A stretch of DNA of 62,542 nt, the filler included, from Collodictyon triciliatum (Eukaryota): NCBI GenBank assembly GCA_043381765.1. It is 9 parts of 9 records of this genome, joined end to end, with 100 filler letters (N's around TTAATTAATTAA, not from the genome) between each part and the next. Parts side by side here need not be neighbours in the genome. Positions count along the whole stretch, not along the records: positions 52,576 to 59,972 come from JBHJMP010003916.1; positions 60,073 to 62,542 come from JBHJMP010004057.1; 7 more parts are not named here. One strand, given 5' to 3'. The first letter of the stretch is position 1, and the number at the start of each line of letters is the position of its first letter. Position numbers and translations under genes: made by a program. The notes below the pieces were generated by a model. It had not been told where the DNA came from and ran no database searches. It saw only the letters and a program-made list of their open reading frames with translations. This document shows positions 59,893 through 62,542 of this stretch, in pieces.

Positions 59893-60072
59893 TATATATA
59901 TAATTTATATAATAAATAAAGCTTTAAGTCATTTTAATTTTAATTTTAAATTATTTTATATTTAATATATTANNNNNNNNNNNNNNNNNNNNNNNNNNNN
60001 NNNNNNNNNNNNNNNNTTAATTAATTAANNNNNNNNNNNNNNNNNNNNNNNNNNNNNNNNNNNNNNNNNNNN

Positions 60073-60152
<80 letters not shown>

Positions 60153-60263
60153 ACTCCTGATTTTAAAATTTTTATGTAAATCAAATCAAAATTTCTTATG
60201 TAAAAGGCCCTATTCAGTCATGTAGTTTAGCAATGACTAATATTTTTCTATTTTGGCGCCCAG

Positions 60264-62407
60264 GACCACATACCCGAGGCTGTTCTGAAGAAAGTAAAAA
60301 GGTATATCGACAATCCCCAATTTCAGCCAGCAAATGTAGCCAAGGTATGTGCTACAACAGGAACTAAAATGTGTTCTTTGAGATAAAAAATATTGGTTTA
60401 ATTATTCAAGTAACTATCAAGGGCAATTATTAACCAAAAGCATTAGGTGTCGGTTGCAGCAAAGTCTATATGCATGTGGGTTAGAGCCATCGAGCATTAC
60501 AGCAAGGTTTAATATAGTTTCACCCACGTACACTACTTGCTTAGATACGTATTTGACTTTGTTATATTATGGCGGATGGATCTAGCATATTTTACATTTA
60601 TTGATTGAACCGTTATTAATACTGAAAATCCCATGGAATAAAAAAAAATGAAGGTTGCAAAAGCAGTAGAACCAAAGAAGTTGAGAATGTTGGATGCTCA
60701 AATGCAACTGGAGGCGTCTCAACAGAAGCTTACTCAAAAACAAAAGCAGCTATCTTCCATAGAAACAAAGCTTCTAGAGCTTCGAAAGAAATATGAAGAA
60801 AGGTTAGTATTTTTGTTTATTTTGACTCCACGACACATATGCTTTGTTCTCAGTATTGTTCGCATGCATTCAAACATGATTCCAAATCTTGTATACATAT
60901 ATATATTTTGTAGGTAAGTTTTAGTTTTTTTTCTTTTTGTCAAGTCTTACATGGTTAATATGTTTTCTTTGTATCTAGTTTGGCAGATAAAACAAAATTC
61001 ACAGAGAAAATGGATGAAACGTCAAAGAGATTGGGTCGCGCCTCAAAGCTGACCACTGGTCTTTCTAGCGAGCAACAACGGTACTTACTTCGTTATAATG
61101 CATAAACTTATTCATGGCGGTCTGATGTAGTTTTTGCATCGCTCAATCAAGAAAGAGCGTGTATTTACATGCAAAACTGCCTTATTTTAGCTGGTCAGTC
61201 ACCATAACAGAGCTAGATAGCCAAATCAAGCATGTGGTTGGGGACGCACTCTTATCTGCTGCTTGTGTTGCTTATCTCGGTGCCTTTACAGGATACTATA
61301 GAGACACCCTTGTTCGTAGGTCAGGAAACACTTAGTTTTTATTTATATCAAGATGGAATCGTACGAAACATTTAAGTTGAGTATTATTACCTCGGAAAAG
61401 TCATGCACACAAATCTTCTGTTTTTTTCTACATCTTGTTGTAGATGGGTATATCGTTGTCAGAATATCGGAATTCCTATATCAGGCAACTTTGGGATTGT
61501 TCCTTCTATGTCAGACCCTCTTGTTCTTCGAGACTGGTCCATTTGGGGGCTCCCGAGAGACAATTTGTCCATAGAGAATGGAATCTTGGTCACAAAAAGT
61601 CGTCGTTGGCCTTTGGTGGTTGATCCCCAGGTTTGCGTAAAGAATGCTTGCCCGCACGATTAGTTTTTTTGAAACAATTCGTGGTGCTTTTATTTGATTC
61701 ATTTTTGTTTCCTATCGAATCATCAATATCTCTTGAAAAGGATTGTTCCTAGCTACGCTTAATATCACAATCATATGGTTTAATACAGTCACAAGCCAGC
61801 AAATGGATAAAGAACATGGAATCGAAGAACGGTTTAAAAGTAATTCATCTTTCTGATGCCAATTACATGAGAACGTTAGAAAACGGAATCCGATTAGGTT
61901 CGTTCATGCTATAATTATATGCCCGCAATGGCACCCGAAATGTACCTTGTTTGAACATACTTTGTTTTTGGTTATGATTTTTACGATATAAAGTATGCCC
62001 ATGTCGAATGATACAGGAACGCCTGTTTTGTTGGAAGATGTTGGTGAAAAACTTGACCCTGCATTGGACCCTATCTTATCTAAACAGACATTTAAACAAG
62101 GGGATAGATTACTGATTAAACTCGGTTTTTTTTTTAATTAGAAAATAAAAAGGCATTTAAAGTCACAACACAATAACCCTCTCTCATTAATGAGCATTTC
62201 TCCTGAAATCGTATGTGAACGTTTCACCTTATTTGTTTATGTGTTGCAATCGTAGGCGAGGTCGAGATCGATTACGACAAGAATTTTAGGCTCTATATTA
62301 CTACGAAACTTCACAACCCACACTATCTACCTGAAACCTTCATTCGGGTAACAGTAATTAATTTTACTGTCACTCCCGAGGGTTTAGAGGATCAACTTCT
62401 TGGAGAG
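60264..62407 (+). CDS. Axonemal dynein heavy chain fragment (stalk/MTBD to AAA5; inner-arm, DNAH6-like)
   Basis: [110 protein letters not shown]. Confidence 0.92.
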
Positions 62408-62542
62408 GTTTTGTCTCTCTTTATAACTCTCACTATTATTATTTTTTTTTTTGTCTTTGTCTTTGTCTTTGTCTTTGTCTTTGTCTTTGTCTTTGTCTTT
62501 GTCTTTGTCTTTGTCTTTGTCTTTGTCTTTGTCTTTGTTTTT

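Larger units (their letters stand above)
52576..59972. mobile_element. Partial Polinton-like virus / virophage-class dsDNA virus genome (endogenous or co-sequenced)
   Basis: The whole contig is very AT-rich, intronless and gene-dense, with no long host-type microsatellites. It encodes an MCP-like protein, a fibre-like protein and small virus-type proteins. Confidence 0.8.

Noticed and set aside
52476-60072. Virus integrated between the G5K and dynein genes
   Set aside because: Both boundaries are artificial linkers; no junction, TIR or TSD is visible.

Overview
This window is not one locus. It is nine unrelated contigs, eight of about 7.4 kb plus the start of a ninth, joined by an artificial 100-bp linker (44 N + TTAATTAATTAA + 44 N). 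Eight contigs are intron-rich, microsatellite-rich nuclear DNA of a eukaryote that is probably flagellated and probably neither animal nor fungus (it has an axonemal dynein and a TSET/TWD40 subunit). They encode a cytoplasmic dynein intermediate chain, two RING-B-box-B-box-coiled-coil-NHL (TRIM-NHL) proteins, an amino-acid transporter, a TPR protein, PRP22/DHX8, a TWD40/TTRAY subunit, a MAPR cytochrome-b5-like protein, DNMT2, RFC2, an HMG-box protein, an STPR-like repeat protein, an ankyrin + polycystin-2 (TRPP) channel, glutamate 5-kinase and an axonemal dynein heavy chain. Contig 8 (52576-59972) is different: very AT-rich, intronless and gene-dense. It looks like part of a Polinton-like virus/virophage-class genome, with a major capsid protein, a fibre-like protein, TA-rich start contexts and long hairpins between convergent genes. 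The host contigs also carry a dispersed family of 15-37 bp A-tailed micro-insertions (core GAATCGAATAAAGG) flanked by 13-19 bp target-site duplications. All family assignments come from motif recognition by eye; no database search was run.
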